From IMG/VR virus record IMGVR_UViG_3300024346_000005: a stretch of DNA of 64,000 nucleotides; one strand, 5' to 3'. A program made the position numbers and the translations under genes. This document shows positions 19,592 through 29,873 of this stretch, in pieces; the first letter of the stretch is position 1, and every line of letters begins with the position of its first letter. The DNA comes from a virus (lineage: Duplodnaviria > Caudoviricetes). A model generated the notes under the pieces. The model saw only the letters and a list, made by a program, of their open reading frames with translations. It was not told the origin of the DNA and did no database searches.

Positions 19592-21888
19592 GCAACGGAA
19601 CAAAGGTTATTAAAAGAAACGGATCGATTGAGGGTCTTGACTTAAACAAACTTCACCTAATGGTAGAAGAAGCATGTAAGGACTTGGCAGGAGTATCGGC
19701 ATCTCAGGTTGAAATGAAGTCCGGTATTCAGTTTTATGATGGCATTACTACATCGGAGGTTCAGGAGATTCTAATTCGCTCTGCAAGCGACTTGATTGAC
19801 CTTGACCATCCTAACTATCAGTTTGTTGCTGCCAGACTCCTTCTGTTCGCTCTCCGCAAGCAGTTATTCGGTCGTATGCACGAGTGCTCTACTCTGATTG
19901 AACACGTTCATAATTGTGTTGATAAGGGTGTCTATGATGAAGAGATCTTAAGTCTTTATAGTGATGAAGAGTTTGATAAACTTCAATCCTTTATTGTTCA
20001 TGAGCGTGATTACCTCTTCACTTATGCGGGTCTCCGTCAGGTAGTTGATAAGTATCTGGTTCAGGATAGAAGTTCTGGTGCTCTTTATGAGACTCCTCAG
20101 TTTATGTACCTGATGATTGCTGCTACCATCTTCTCTAAATATCCAAAGGAAACTCGTTTGGATTACGTTAAAAAATATTATGACGCAATCAGCAAGCACA
20201 AAATCAACATCCCAACGCCGATTATGGCAGGAGTCAGAACTCCGCTTCGTCAATTTGCATCTTGTGTTCTCGTTGATGTTGATGACACCCTCGATAGCAT
20301 CTTTAGCAGCGATGTGGCTATTGGTAAATATGTCTCACAAAGGGCTGGTATCGGTATTAACGCTGGTAGAATTCGTGGCATCAACAGCAAAATCAGAGGC
20401 GGAGAGGTACAACACACAGGCGTGGTGCCCTTCCTTAAGAAGTTTGAAGCAACTGTCCGATGCTGCACTCAGAACGGCATCAGAGGTGGTTCTGCTACAG
20501 TTTTCTTTCCTATCTGGCACCAAGAAATAGAAGACATTCTAGTTCTCAAAAATAACAAAGGAACTGAAGATAATCGTGTTCGTAAATTGGATTATGGAAT
20601 TCAAATATCCAAACTGTTCTATGAAAGATTCATCAAGAATCAGGAGATCACACTTTTCTCCCCACACTCAGTTCCCGGATTGTATGATGCTTTTGGTACA
20701 GATTCATTCGATGAGATATATGTAAATGCGGAGCAAGATGAGTCTATTCCAAGAAAAACTATTGGAGCACAAGAACTTTTTCTGGATCTTCTGAAGGAAA
20801 GAGCAGAGACCGGTCGTATTTACATTATGAATATTGACCACTGCAACTCTCATAGTTCTTATCTGGATAAGGTTAATATGAGTAACCTTTGTATGGAGAT
20901 CACCGAACCCACGACTCCAATACAGCATATTGATGATGAGAATGGAGAAGTCGCAACTTGTATTCTATCTGCGATAAATGTTGGAAAACTAAAGCACTTT
21001 GATGATATGAAAGAACTTTGCGATCTTTCTGTTCGTGCTTTGGATGAGATTATTGACTATCAAAATTACCCCGTAAAGGCAGCAGAGAACTTCACCAAGA
21101 GGCGCCGATCACTTGGGATAGGTTATATTGGTTTGGCACACTTCCTTGCTAAGCACGGCGTCAAATATGAGGATCCTGCATCTTGGAATCTGGTTCACGA
21201 CTTGAGTGAGGCATTCCAATATTATCTGATTAAGTCAACCGTAAATCTTGCGAAAGAAAAAGGTGCCTGTGAGTATTCTCATCGTACCAAGTATGGTCAG
21301 GGTATTCTACCGATTGATACATACAAGAGAGATGTTGATGAAATTGTTCCGAATAATTTGAAATATGATTGGGATAGTCTTAGGGAACAAGTTAAGCAAT
21401 ATGGAGTACGGAACTCAACACTGTCGGCACAAATGCCTTCGGAGAGCAGTTCCGTTGTGTCAAATGCAACAAATGGAATTGAACCACCTCGGGGATACTT
21501 GTCCATTAAGAAATCAAAGAAGGGTCCGCTCAAACAGATTGTACCCCAGTATCAAACTCTTAAGAACAACTATACGCTTCTTTGGGATATGCCTAGCAAT
21601 ACTGGTTATATCAATATTGTTGCTGTTATGCAAAAGTTCTTTGATCAGGCAATTTCTGGAAACTGGTCATATAATCCAGAAAATTATCCCAATAATGAAG
21701 TACCTGTGTCGGTGATGGCACAAGACCTTCTTACAACTTACAAATTGGGATGGAAAACAAGTTATTATCAGAATACTTATGACATTAAGACCGATGAAGT
21801 GGTTGAAGAATCAAAAGAAGACCTTCAATCACTCCTGAATGACATTATGAGTTCTGATGAAAACGACTGTGAAAGTTGCAAAATCTGA
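19588..21888 (+). CDS. nrdA: class Ia ribonucleotide reductase alpha subunit
   Basis: ATP cone, FASCVL, SNLCMEI, AQMPSESSS, C-terminal CESCKI; uninterrupted. Confidence 0.98.
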   Translation: MSNGTKVIKRNGSIEGLDLNKLHLMVEEACKDLAGVSASQVEMKSGIQFYDGITTSEVQEILIRSASDLIDLDHPNYQFVAARLLLFALRKQLFGRMHECSTLIEHVHNCVDKGVYDEEILSLYSDEEFDKLQSFIVHERDYLFTYAGLRQVVDKYLVQDRSSGALYETPQFMYLMIAATIFSKYPKETRLDYVKKYYDAISKHKINIPTPIMAGVRTPLRQFASCVLVDVDDTLDSIFSSDVAIGKYVSQRAGIGINAGRIRGINSKIRGGEVQHTGVVPFLKKFEATVRCCTQNGIRGGSATVFFPIWHQEIEDILVLKNNKGTEDNRVRKLDYGIQISKLFYERFIKNQEITLFSPHSVPGLYDAFGTDSFDEIYVNAEQDESIPRKTIGAQELFLDLLKERAETGRIYIMNIDHCNSHSSYLDKVNMSNLCMEITEPTTPIQHIDDENGEVATCILSAINVGKLKHFDDMKELCDLSVRALDEIIDYQNYPVKAAENFTKRRRSLGIGYIGLAHFLAKHGVKYEDPASWNLVHDLSEAFQYYLIKSTVNLAKEKGACEYSHRTKYGQGILPIDTYKRDVDEIVPNNLKYDWDSLREQVKQYGVRNSTLSAQMPSESSSVVSNATNGIEPPRGYLSIKKSKKGPLKQIVPQYQTLKNNYTLLWDMPSNTGYINIVAVMQKFFDQAISGNWSYNPENYPNNEVPVSVMAQDLLTTYKLGWKTSYYQNTYDIKTDEVVEESKEDLQSLLNDIMSSDENDCESCKI

Positions 21889-21933
21889 CCTGAGTAAATA
21901 TAAAAGTGTGAGTTAATTTAGAGAATAAAAATT

Positions 21934-23115
21934 ATGGATTTTAACTTTAAGACAAAACTAGCGGAGAAGAATGTGGTCAATCAAATGACAGTTTTTAACT
22001 CTGAAGAGGTAGATACTAAAAAGCAACCGATGTTTTTTGGAGCACCTCTGGGCATCCAGCGTTATGATTCTTACAAGTATCCAATCTTTGATAAATTAAC
22101 TCAGCAACAACTTGGATACTTTTGGAGACCTGAAGAAATATCTCTTCAGAAAGATCGTGGTGATTATCAAACATTACGTCCAGAACAAAAACATATTTTC
22201 ACCAGTAATCTGAAATATCAGATTATGCTTGATTCGGTTCAGGGAAGAGGTCCCGGTATGGCATTTGCTCCCTACTGCTCTCTTCCTGAATTGGAAGCAT
22301 GTATGAAGGTCTGGGAGTTTATGGAGATGATTCATAGTCGCTCATATACCTATATCATTAAGAATGTTTATTCGGACCCTGCGGATGTCTTTGATACAAT
22401 TCTTCGTGATGAAAGAATCCTAGAACGTGCCGTGAGTGTCACCGAAGCATATAATGATTTCATCAATAGTGCTCAACATTATGGAACTTCTGAACTTTGG
22501 AAATACGCCCAAGAATCAGTTCCTTACGCACAGGCAGAAAGATATGAACTCAAACGAAAACTTTTCAGAGCAGTTGCAAACGTTAATATTCTTGAAGGTA
22601 TTCGCTTTTACGTCAGTTTCGCTTGCAGTTTTGCATTTGGCGAACTCAAACTTATGGAGGGAAGTGCAAAAATCATCGGTCTAATTGCCCGTGATGAGAG
22701 TCAGCACTTGGTCATTACTCAGAACATTCTCAACAAATGGAAGGAGGGTGATGACCCTGATATGAAGAAAATCTCACAGGAAGAAGAGCAGTGGGTCTAT
22801 AAGACTTTTGAGAATGCAGTCAATCAAGAAAAACTCTGGGCAGAATATTTGTTCAAGGATGGTTCTATGATTGGTCTGAATGATAAACTTCTTTGCCAGT
22901 ATGTCGAATGGACTGCCAACCGCAGAATGAAGGCAATTGGTCTTCGCCCACTTTATGATATTCCTGCGAAGAATAATCCTCTTCCTTGGACCTCACACTG
23001 GTTGAATTCAAGAGAACTTCAGGAGGCACCTATGGAAACGGAAAAAGAATCCTATGTGATTGGTGGTATTAAACAGGATGTTGGTGCTAATACTTTCTCC
23101 GGATTCAAGTTGTGA
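21934..23115 (+). CDS. nrdB: class Ia ribonucleotide reductase beta subunit
   Basis: FWRPEEI, EMIHSRSY, LEGIRFY, RDESQH. Confidence 0.98.
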   Translation: MDFNFKTKLAEKNVVNQMTVFNSEEVDTKKQPMFFGAPLGIQRYDSYKYPIFDKLTQQQLGYFWRPEEISLQKDRGDYQTLRPEQKHIFTSNLKYQIMLDSVQGRGPGMAFAPYCSLPELEACMKVWEFMEMIHSRSYTYIIKNVYSDPADVFDTILRDERILERAVSVTEAYNDFINSAQHYGTSELWKYAQESVPYAQAERYELKRKLFRAVANVNILEGIRFYVSFACSFAFGELKLMEGSAKIIGLIARDESQHLVITQNILNKWKEGDDPDMKKISQEEEQWVYKTFENAVNQEKLWAEYLFKDGSMIGLNDKLLCQYVEWTANRRMKAIGLRPLYDIPAKNNPLPWTSHWLNSRELQEAPMETEKESYVIGGIKQDVGANTFSGFKL

Positions 23116-23273
23116 CACCAAAAATACTCAATAGTGATGGAAATTACGATGAGTGGTGTGAAGAAGAAATTATAAAATCTTATAAGGATGCTGCCGAATA
23201 TGATGATGTGCTTTTTGGAGACCACGACTATTCTTATATTTGGTTGAATAATAAAACTAATGAGAGTCCTTGA
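23112..23273 (+). CDS. small acidic hypothetical protein (53 aa, not in ORF track)
   Basis: GTG overlapping the nrdB stop; open to TGA 23271-23273, then a terminator. Confidence 0.55.
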   Translation: MTPKILNSDGNYDEWCEEEIIKSYKDAAEYDDVLFGDHDYSYIWLNNKTNESP

Positions 23274-23294
23274 GGCTCTCTTTTTTTATAAATA
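23262..23294 (+). terminator. terminator plus late promoter
   Basis: GAGAGTCC-TTGA-GGCTCTC, T7, TATAAATA at 23287. Confidence 0.75.
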
Positions 23295-23320
23295 AAACTA
23301 TAAAGAACTTATAAGAAAAG

Positions 23321-24517
23321 ATGTCTAGACTTACTGGTACTGATGCATATGGTTTGATGGAGGCATATCAAGCAGTATATGCTCCTCAAGAACTCACCGA
23401 AGAGCAAGTTTGGGAAGAAGTTGAGAACTGGGTCAATTCACTTCTTGAAGAAGGTTATGACCTGAGTGATTATACCTGGGAGGAGATGTATGAAGAGTAT
23501 TTGGAAGAAATTTATGGAACTAATCTGGGGGGAAATACTAAAACTAAACCTAATAAGTTAGATACTGCTGTAGGTAATGCCATTAAATCTATAACAAGTT
23601 CCGGTGCAGACGCCACACCAAGAACTACAGGTATTTACGGACAACCAACAAGGAAACCTGCATCCCCAACTTTCCAAAATACTGGTGGATTTGGTAGATA
23701 TGCTCCCCCATCCACACAAGTAAAAACTCCTGCTCCTGCCGCTCCTGCCAATAGAACTCCTGGACTTACTCCTGTTCCCATCACTAGAACTCCTGCTCCT
23801 GCCACAAAACCAGCAGCACCAGCACCCGCTGCCGCCAGACCTTCTGGCGGTGCTCCTAGACCTTCTGCCGGTGCTCCCGCTAAAGTATCACCAACACCCA
23901 CAAAACCAGCAGGACCTGCAATGGGTAAACTTGGGGGCACTACCTTTGAGAGAAGGACTCCAACATCTGCCGAATTGAAGGCAGCACAATCGGCAAGAGC
24001 ATCGGGAGCATCTCCAGAGAAAGCACTTCAGGCAGCAAAGTCTGCTGGTGGAGCACTTCAACAAACTGCTGCTAAGGTAATGGAAAAACCACCAGCATTT
24101 AGTCCAACTCCTGCCGCTGCAAAAACAACCCCAACTCCATCCACACCAAAGGCACCTACACTTGGTTCCAAAAAACCCGGCAGTATGGTTTCTCATTTTG
24201 ACCCATTTGATGTAATCAAAGGTCATCTTCTTGATGAAGGTTATGCCGATACTGAAGAATCGGCACTTGCTATTATGGCAAATATGAGTGAAGAGTGGAG
24301 AGAGAGTATTTTAAATGAGGGTGACAACTACGATAAGAATCGCCAAAGAGCAGCGAAAAGAGCAGCAGAAAGAAATGCTGCCAGAGATAGAGGACAAACT
24401 GGAAATGTCCCTGGAGTAGGTTATGTAACACCAAGAAGAGAAAGAGAAACTTATAGAGATGCTGCAGGCACTGAAAGGCACACTTCTGGTGCTAAAATGC
24501 CAAAAAAAGAAGGTTGA
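23321..24517 (+). CDS. modular low-complexity protein (acidic module A, Pro/Ala/Lys-rich middle, acidic module B, basic tail)
   Basis: Modules shared with the ORFs at 25886 and 30836; late promoter upstream. Confidence 0.8.
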   Translation: MSRLTGTDAYGLMEAYQAVYAPQELTEEQVWEEVENWVNSLLEEGYDLSDYTWEEMYEEYLEEIYGTNLGGNTKTKPNKLDTAVGNAIKSITSSGADATPRTTGIYGQPTRKPASPTFQNTGGFGRYAPPSTQVKTPAPAAPANRTPGLTPVPITRTPAPATKPAAPAPAAARPSGGAPRPSAGAPAKVSPTPTKPAGPAMGKLGGTTFERRTPTSAELKAAQSARASGASPEKALQAAKSAGGALQQTAAKVMEKPPAFSPTPAAAKTTPTPSTPKAPTLGSKKPGSMVSHFDPFDVIKGHLLDEGYADTEESALAIMANMSEEWRESILNEGDNYDKNRQRAAKRAAERNAARDRGQTGNVPGVGYVTPRRERETYRDAAGTERHTSGAKMPKKEG

Positions 24518-24594
24518 TATTATTTTTCAAGTAATCACAAGACCTCTCCACCAGGAGGGGTTTTTTTATAAATAACTAAAAAAGTAAGAAATAA

Positions 24595-25851
24595 ATGAAA
24601 AGTTTTAGAGAGTTTATGATAGAGGCACGAGATGCTGTAAAAGACGCTACATATACTGGAGATGCTGCCGAACAGGAAAGAATAAGACAAAGAGACCTTA
24701 AAAGGGGTTTTGATCCTGATAAGGAAAGAGCAGAGGCTAGAAGAAAAGCTAAAGAAGAATTATTGCGTAATAGGTCTAAGAATACTACAGTTCCTGGTGG
24801 TAACAAAGCAGATTCTCCTTTTGGTGGAAAACCTCAACCACAACCTGAACAACCTTCTGATACGACACAACAAACTAAAACACCTCCTAAATCATCCACT
24901 CCACCTTCACAACCTTCTGATACGACACAACAAACTAAAACACCTCCTAAATCATCCACTCCACCTTCACAACCTTCTGGTGGAAGTGGTGGAAGAGGAA
25001 CATCTTCACCTCCTCCATCAAGTTCAACCACAACCCCATCTTCCGGAAGAAACCCAAATCAGTACAGAGGTCCTGGTACTGGAAGAACTGAAACTCCAAG
25101 AAGCACAACAAATCCAGGAAAAGGTCCCGGTGCATTTCAGACGGTAAAAAATAATGCAAAAAATATTAAAAACTTCAAACCTGGTAGTGTTCCGGGATTG
25201 AAGTCTGGTGGTGTTTTATCCGGTGTAGTTGATACCGCAGTTGAGAAATCTAGGGGTTCTGGGTGGTTAAGATCTCTAGCCAAAGGCACAGCATCAGCAT
25301 TAGGAGCTGTTGGTGGTGGTATTGCCGGTGGTGCTGCAGGATCTCTTGCTGGTCCAGTTGGAACCGCAGTCGGTGGATATGCTGGGCAAGCAGCAGGAGC
25401 CGCTGCTGCAGGTAAGGCATTTGATACTGTTGCCGGAGCAAATGCAGTAGGAAGAAAGCAAATTGCAACTGATAATCGTAAGAGTCAATCTGGTGGTGCA
25501 TTAGTTGGAACCGGCGGAAAGACTTCCTTTGATACTAAAAAGAATACGATTACAAGTGGCGGAAAAACCGCTCAATTGGGTAAGACTTCTGTTGTTACGG
25601 ATCCAAAAACAGGAAAGCAGGGTGTCGGATATCTTGCATATAAAGGTGGAAAAGCAGTTTATAAAAAACCAGATACAAAATCTCTTGCTCAGACATCATC
25701 CAATCCATTAGAAAGAGTTGGTAGGTCTTTATTTGCCGGTGCTTATAAGGCAAATGATGCTAAACTTGCTGCCGCAAAACTTAAGACAGCTGCTACAAGT
25801 GATGCTTCTCGTAACAAACAACTTGGTGTTAAATTGAAGCCGGGAGGTTAA
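24595..25851 (+). CDS. basic low-complexity protein with a glycine-zipper hydrophobic segment
   Basis: MKSFREFMIEA N-terminus; ALGAVGGGIAGGAAGSLAGPVG; TATAAATA at 24567. Confidence 0.8.
   Translation: MKSFREFMIEARDAVKDATYTGDAAEQERIRQRDLKRGFDPDKERAEARRKAKEELLRNRSKNTTVPGGNKADSPFGGKPQPQPEQPSDTTQQTKTPPKSSTPPSQPSDTTQQTKTPPKSSTPPSQPSGGSGGRGTSSPPPSSSTTTPSSGRNPNQYRGPGTGRTETPRSTTNPGKGPGAFQTVKNNAKNIKNFKPGSVPGLKSGGVLSGVVDTAVEKSRGSGWLRSLAKGTASALGAVGGGIAGGAAGSLAGPVGTAVGGYAGQAAGAAAAGKAFDTVAGANAVGRKQIATDNRKSQSGGALVGTGGKTSFDTKKNTITSGGKTAQLGKTSVVTDPKTGKQGVGYLAYKGGKAVYKKPDTKSLAQTSSNPLERVGRSLFAGAYKANDAKLAAAKLKTAATSDASRNKQLGVKLKPGG
24850..24979 (+). repeat. in-frame 60-nt perfect tandem duplication (about 2.2 copies)
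   Basis: Lines 24841 and 24901 are identical from their tenth base; encodes QPSDTTQQTKTPPKSSTPPS twice. Confidence 0.95.
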
Positions 25852-25885
25852 TTTTTATAAATAATTGAAAATAGTGTTTATTCAT

Positions 25886-26866
25886 ATGTCAAAAGAAATT
25901 GTAGACTTGATGGAGGCATATCAAGCAGTATATGCTCCCCAAGAATTGACAGAAGAGCAAGTATGGGAAGAAGTTGAGAACTGGGTTAATTCACTTTTAG
26001 AAGAAGGTTATGATCTAAGTGATTATACTTGGGAAGAGATGTATGAGAATTATGTAACTGAGAATTGGGCAGCTGTAGGTAAAGCATTATTAGGTTATGG
26101 GGCAAGAGGATTAAATGTAGCAAAGGTTGGAGCAAAACCTGTATTAAAAAATGTAGTAACTAAGGGTGGAAAGTATGGAGCTATTGGTCTTGGTGCATTA
26201 ACAGCAGATGAATTACTTACAAGAGGAGCTGGAAGAACAGCAGTAGGTAAAGGTTTGGAGCAAACAAGAAAACTCGGACCAGCACTTAGAGGAGAACCAG
26301 CAACACCATCTGCAAAAGTAGAACCCTCATCTTCAGAGAAACCTGGAGAATCCACAGGGAAAGTAGTGAACGCTGCCGGTGGTAAAGGAGGAACAGTTAC
26401 TTCCGGAACAAAATATGCAGCAACTCTTGGTGGAAAAAAGGGTAGTGTAACTTATGATGATACTGGTAAAAAGACATTTACTACCGACTCTTATGGATAT
26501 GATGCCTATGACCTTGTGCTTGAGTATCTCCTCTCACAAGGGCACACAGACACCGTAGAAGAGGCAAATTATGTAATGTTGGTAATGGATGCCGAAACTA
26601 TTGGAACTATTGTTGAGACAGCGGCAGACCAATCTGATAAGCAAATTGATAAAGGTGTAAAGACGACTTATAAAGCACAAAATGTTCTTGATAATCAACA
26701 TCAAGGTAGAAGTAAAGGATTGAATAAACTTCCAAGAGGCGAAAGAGAAGAGAAGGCAAAAAGAATGGGAGGTCGTCTAAAAAGTCGTAGAGACGATTTA
26801 TTTGGAGAACGCAATAAGCGTGAAGATTCAAAAAGAGAACAACTGAAGAAAATGTTAGGTTTATAA
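25886..26866 (+). CDS. modular protein, paralogue of 23321 (module A and a module B variant)
   Basis: Identical 46-aa module A; YDLVLEYLLSQGHTDTVEEA; TATAAATA at 25856. Confidence 0.8.
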   Translation: MSKEIVDLMEAYQAVYAPQELTEEQVWEEVENWVNSLLEEGYDLSDYTWEEMYENYVTENWAAVGKALLGYGARGLNVAKVGAKPVLKNVVTKGGKYGAIGLGALTADELLTRGAGRTAVGKGLEQTRKLGPALRGEPATPSAKVEPSSSEKPGESTGKVVNAAGGKGGTVTSGTKYAATLGGKKGSVTYDDTGKKTFTTDSYGYDAYDLVLEYLLSQGHTDTVEEANYVMLVMDAETIGTIVETAADQSDKQIDKGVKTTYKAQNVLDNQHQGRSKGLNKLPRGEREEKAKRMGGRLKSRRDDLFGERNKREDSKREQLKKMLGL

Positions 26867-26887
26867 TCTAAAATCCTAACATAACTC

Positions 26888-26926
26888 AAAGCACCTCTTG
26901 ACAAGGTGCTTTTTTATTGCTAGACT
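26888..26926 (+). promoter_or_regulatory. terminator with an embedded sigma70-type promoter
   Basis: AAAGCACCT-CTTGACA-AGGTGCTTT; TTGACA, 17-nt spacer, TAGACT. Confidence 0.6.
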
Positions 26927-26974
26927 AGGTTTGTCTCCGTTGAAGGATAAATAATAGCTCTATAAGACTACTAA

Positions 26975-27418
26975 ATGAGCTATGAGAATCCTTGGAGATA
27001 TAATGGGGAGATTTTTGAATCAAACCATATAGAAGATTATTTTGGATTCGTATATCTCATATCCTGTAAGACCACCGGTAGAAATTATATTGGACGCAAG
27101 TACCTTTGGCAGTTCAGAACCCCAAAAGGAAAAAAGAGAAAAGTAAAGTCAGAATCTGATTGGAAAAATTATTATGGTTCTTGCCCAGAATTAAAAGAAG
27201 ATATAATCAAATACGGCAAGGAGTTCTTCAGTAGAGAAATTATAAGTCTTCATAAGACAAAAGGTAAATGTAACTTTGAGGAAACAAGACAACTTTTTCT
27301 AAATAATGTACTGACCGAATCACTTGACTCTGGGGTTCCGGCATACTATAATAGCAATATTCTCTCTAGATATTTTCGGAAAGACTATTATGATGACGCT
27401 ACTGGAACAAACTCTTAG
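26975..27418 (+). CDS. GIY-YIG endonuclease (T4 EndoII-like)
   Basis: FGFVYLI...NYIGRK...WKNYYGS...E...YYN. Confidence 0.8.
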   Translation: MSYENPWRYNGEIFESNHIEDYFGFVYLISCKTTGRNYIGRKYLWQFRTPKGKKRKVKSESDWKNYYGSCPELKEDIIKYGKEFFSREIISLHKTKGKCNFEETRQLFLNNVLTESLDSGVPAYYNSNILSRYFRKDYYDDATGTNS

Positions 27419-27572
27419 GTCTTCTCACGATTGGGCAGTTGATCGCATACATACATTATGTGAAGATAAGAGTGTCGAAGACGCTCAGGCAATTCAGGCA
27501 GAGTTTAGAGAATGGATGAACCCCGATATCTCAGAACACGATGTTTTTTCACTTGAATACTTAGGAGACTAA
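27390..27572 (+). CDS. hypothetical protein
   Basis: MMTLLEQTLRSSHDWAVDRIH...; coupled to both neighbours. Confidence 0.6.
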   Translation: MMTLLEQTLRSSHDWAVDRIHTLCEDKSVEDAQAIQAEFREWMNPDISEHDVFSLEYLGD

Positions 27573-27574
27573 TA

Positions 27575-28273
27575 ATGCGAATAGACCTTCATAACTTCTT
27601 TCAGTACTACGACCCAAAGAATCCAAAACACGTTGCGGCAGTAGAGCAACTTGAAGTAGATTTGGTGGGTAAATCTCCAGACCTGATGGAGGATACTGCT
27701 AATTGGGTGAAGATTTTTAGAACAAAACTAGAAGTAGTAATTCCAGGAATTTTGAATGTTCCTTACTATCCTCAAACAGATAATTATAGAGACGCTAATC
27801 GTACTTGTAATAGTTCTTCCTGTGCTATGTGCCTTGAGTATTTTAAACCAGGAACTTTAGTAGGAGCAAAAGGTGATGATGCTTATGTTCAGAAAGTATT
27901 CGCAGTCGGTGATACAACTGACCACTCAGTTCAAACCAAAGTTCTTGCTTCTTACGGAGTTAAGTCTGAGTTTAGGTATAATCTTGGGTTTGCTGACCTT
28001 GATCGTGAGTTGTCTGCTGGGAGACCCGTTGTTATTGGCATACTCCATCGTGGCACTTTATCTTCTCCTACTGGCGGGCATATGCTGTGTGTAATAGGAA
28101 AAAGTCCTGATGGAAAATCTTATATCTGTAATGACCCATATGGGGATTTGAATGATGGATACACAGGAGCAGTCACGAATGGTAAAGGTGCCGTATATAA
28201 GAAGTCAGACCTTCAGTATCGTTGGTTAGAAAATAATAAAGATAAAACTGGTTGGGGAAGGATTTTCAAATGA
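27575..28273 (+). CDS. C39-like cysteine peptidase
   Basis: VPYYPQTDN...TCNSSSCAM...GHML...ICNDPY. Confidence 0.85.
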   Translation: MRIDLHNFFQYYDPKNPKHVAAVEQLEVDLVGKSPDLMEDTANWVKIFRTKLEVVIPGILNVPYYPQTDNYRDANRTCNSSSCAMCLEYFKPGTLVGAKGDDAYVQKVFAVGDTTDHSVQTKVLASYGVKSEFRYNLGFADLDRELSAGRPVVIGILHRGTLSSPTGGHMLCVIGKSPDGKSYICNDPYGDLNDGYTGAVTNGKGAVYKKSDLQYRWLENNKDKTGWGRIFK

Positions 28274-28881
28274 CTATCAAATTTGTAGATGCTGCAAAAA
28301 ACCATAAAGACCTAGAGCATCAAAATCGTGCCTGGGCATTTCTTCAGGCATCAGTTCACAAAGAAATATTGGATGAGTTTGCTAGGATTTATAGAAACCA
28401 AAAGATAGAACCAACACTTGATGGACTACCACTTCAAGGTGTTGCCCTTATCAAGGAATTTGAAGATTGTCATCTCAAAGCATATTATGATCCTCTTACA
28501 GGTGGGTTGCCCATCACGATTGGGTGGGGCAGCACTCGTAGAAAGGATGGAACGCGATTTATGATTGGGAATAAAATTACTCAAGAAGAAGCAGATGATT
28601 TGTTCTACTATCAACTTCGCCGGGAGTTTATTCCTGCTCTTCAAAAAATACCTTACTGGAGTGAGATGAATGACAATCAACGCGGAGCACTTTTATCCTT
28701 TGCTTACAATCTCGGAGATTTTTATGGTCATCCTGACTTCAATACTATTACAAGAGTCCTAAAGAATAAGGAATGGGATAAAGTTCCTGAAGCACTTAAA
28801 CTCTATCGTAATCCTGGAACTAATGTTGAAGCAGGATTATTAAGAAGAAGAGTTGCAGAAGCAAAATTATGGTCATCCTGA
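28270..28881 (+). CDS. GH24 phage lysozyme (endolysin)
   Basis: IKEFEDCHLKAYYDP...TIGWGST...ALLSFAYNLG...GLLRRR.AE. Confidence 0.9.
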   Translation: MTIKFVDAAKNHKDLEHQNRAWAFLQASVHKEILDEFARIYRNQKIEPTLDGLPLQGVALIKEFEDCHLKAYYDPLTGGLPITIGWGSTRRKDGTRFMIGNKITQEEADDLFYYQLRREFIPALQKIPYWSEMNDNQRGALLSFAYNLGDFYGHPDFNTITRVLKNKEWDKVPEALKLYRNPGTNVEAGLLRRRVAEAKLWSS

Positions 28882-29214
28882 ATAAGGTTTGGCAATACCT
28901 TCGTTCAACATCCTTTCGTTGATTGTGACTGGATCGTCAACAAAATAAAGAGTGCCAAGTATCCTTCCATACTTATCTTCTTTGAAAGTTTCAATTACCC
29001 ATTCACCTTCTCGGGACAGTTCTTTTTCTAACCACGCTTTTGTCGCAAGACCTTCTGCTTTTTCTTTAAGGTCTTTGGTTCTTGTTTCTGCGGCATTAAT
29101 ACCTTTGAGACGAACTCTTTGAACAGTTGTAAGATTGAATCCCAAATCTATTGAAACATCTAATGTGTCACCATCAACAATTCTTTCTATCTTCTTGATT
29201 TTATAGTGATACAT
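28873..29214 (-). CDS. thermonuclease (SNase-like)
   Basis: IVDGDTL...VRLKGINAAE...DKYGRILG...N.RML.EG.A. Confidence 0.85.
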   Translation of the reverse strand: MYHYKIKKIERIVDGDTLDVSIDLGFNLTTVQRVRLKGINAAETRTKDLKEKAEGLATKAWLEKELSREGEWVIETFKEDKYGRILGTLYFVDDPVTINERMLNEGIAKPYSG

Positions 29215-29317
29215 TATCTTCTTCGTATGCTAATTTAAGTATATAGTAAATGATATAAGCAGCACCGGCAAGTCCAATACCTAATAGTATATTTACACTC
29301 CATACTGGGTCAGTCAT
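29201..29317 (-). CDS. 38-aa single-TM protein (not in ORF track)
   Basis: MTDPVWSVNILLGIGLAGAAYIIYYILKLAYEEDNVSL; overlaps both neighbours in the minus-strand operon. Confidence 0.6.
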   Translation of the reverse strand: MTDPVWSVNILLGIGLAGAAYIIYYILKLAYEEDNVSL

Positions 29318-29603
29318 TTTCTTTTTCTTCAGGTTTTTTATTTAAGTTTGCCTTCAAAGCAATAATAGTTGCCAGAAGAGACATCAAAACTTGAATTGAT
29401 TCTGATGTATTATCGTCACATTTACTTGGAGGTTTTGCTCCACTTTTATCAAATGCCTTTACCAGATACAGATAATGTAAACTACTCATCACTTTGAAAT
29501 TACATATTACATAATTTGTGAAAGTCATTCCGACAATTGCTGTTGCTACAAATGCAACCATCACAGGAACTATATTATCAAGTGTTGGATATTTGAATTT
29601 CAT
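29310..29603 (-). CDS. membrane protein with two hydrophobic segments
   Basis: IVPVMVAFVATAIVGMTF and IQVLMSLLATIIAL. Confidence 0.65.
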   Translation of the reverse strand: MKFKYPTLDNIVPVMVAFVATAIVGMTFTNYVICNFKVMSSLHYLYLVKAFDKSGAKPPSKCDDNTSESIQVLMSLLATIIALKANLNKKPEEKEND

Positions 29604-29794
29604 AATCGTCCTTCGGTTTTATGTATCCATTCCTTCAACTCAGCAACATATTTTCTGAGTTCTTGTGCCTTATTTAGATGCCATTCATCACCACTCCTGA
29701 AGTACTCGTGAGTGTGATTATCTATTGCCTTTAGAATATTGTGTATCGGTGTATTCCAGTGCTCTCTATGAGGTGTATTCCACTCTCGTGGCAT
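29600..29794 (-). CDS. hypothetical protein (likely start MPREWNTP)
   Basis: Minus-strand CTAAATA late-promoter variant at 29818-29824, about 24 nt upstream of ATG 29794. Confidence 0.65.
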   Translation of the reverse strand: MPREWNTPHREHWNTPIHNILKAIDNHTHEYFRSGDEWHLNKAQELRKYVAELKEWIHKTEGRL

Positions 29795-29873
29795 AAAATG
29801 TGAAAAGCAGTTTGAAGTATTTAGATTCTTGGGAGACTTATTCACCCCCCAACCACTTCTCAAACTGGCACAC

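Noticed and set aside
6279-23115. Inteins or introns in gp43, gp41, gp61, nrdA and nrdB
   Set aside because: All are single ORFs of normal length with contiguous motifs
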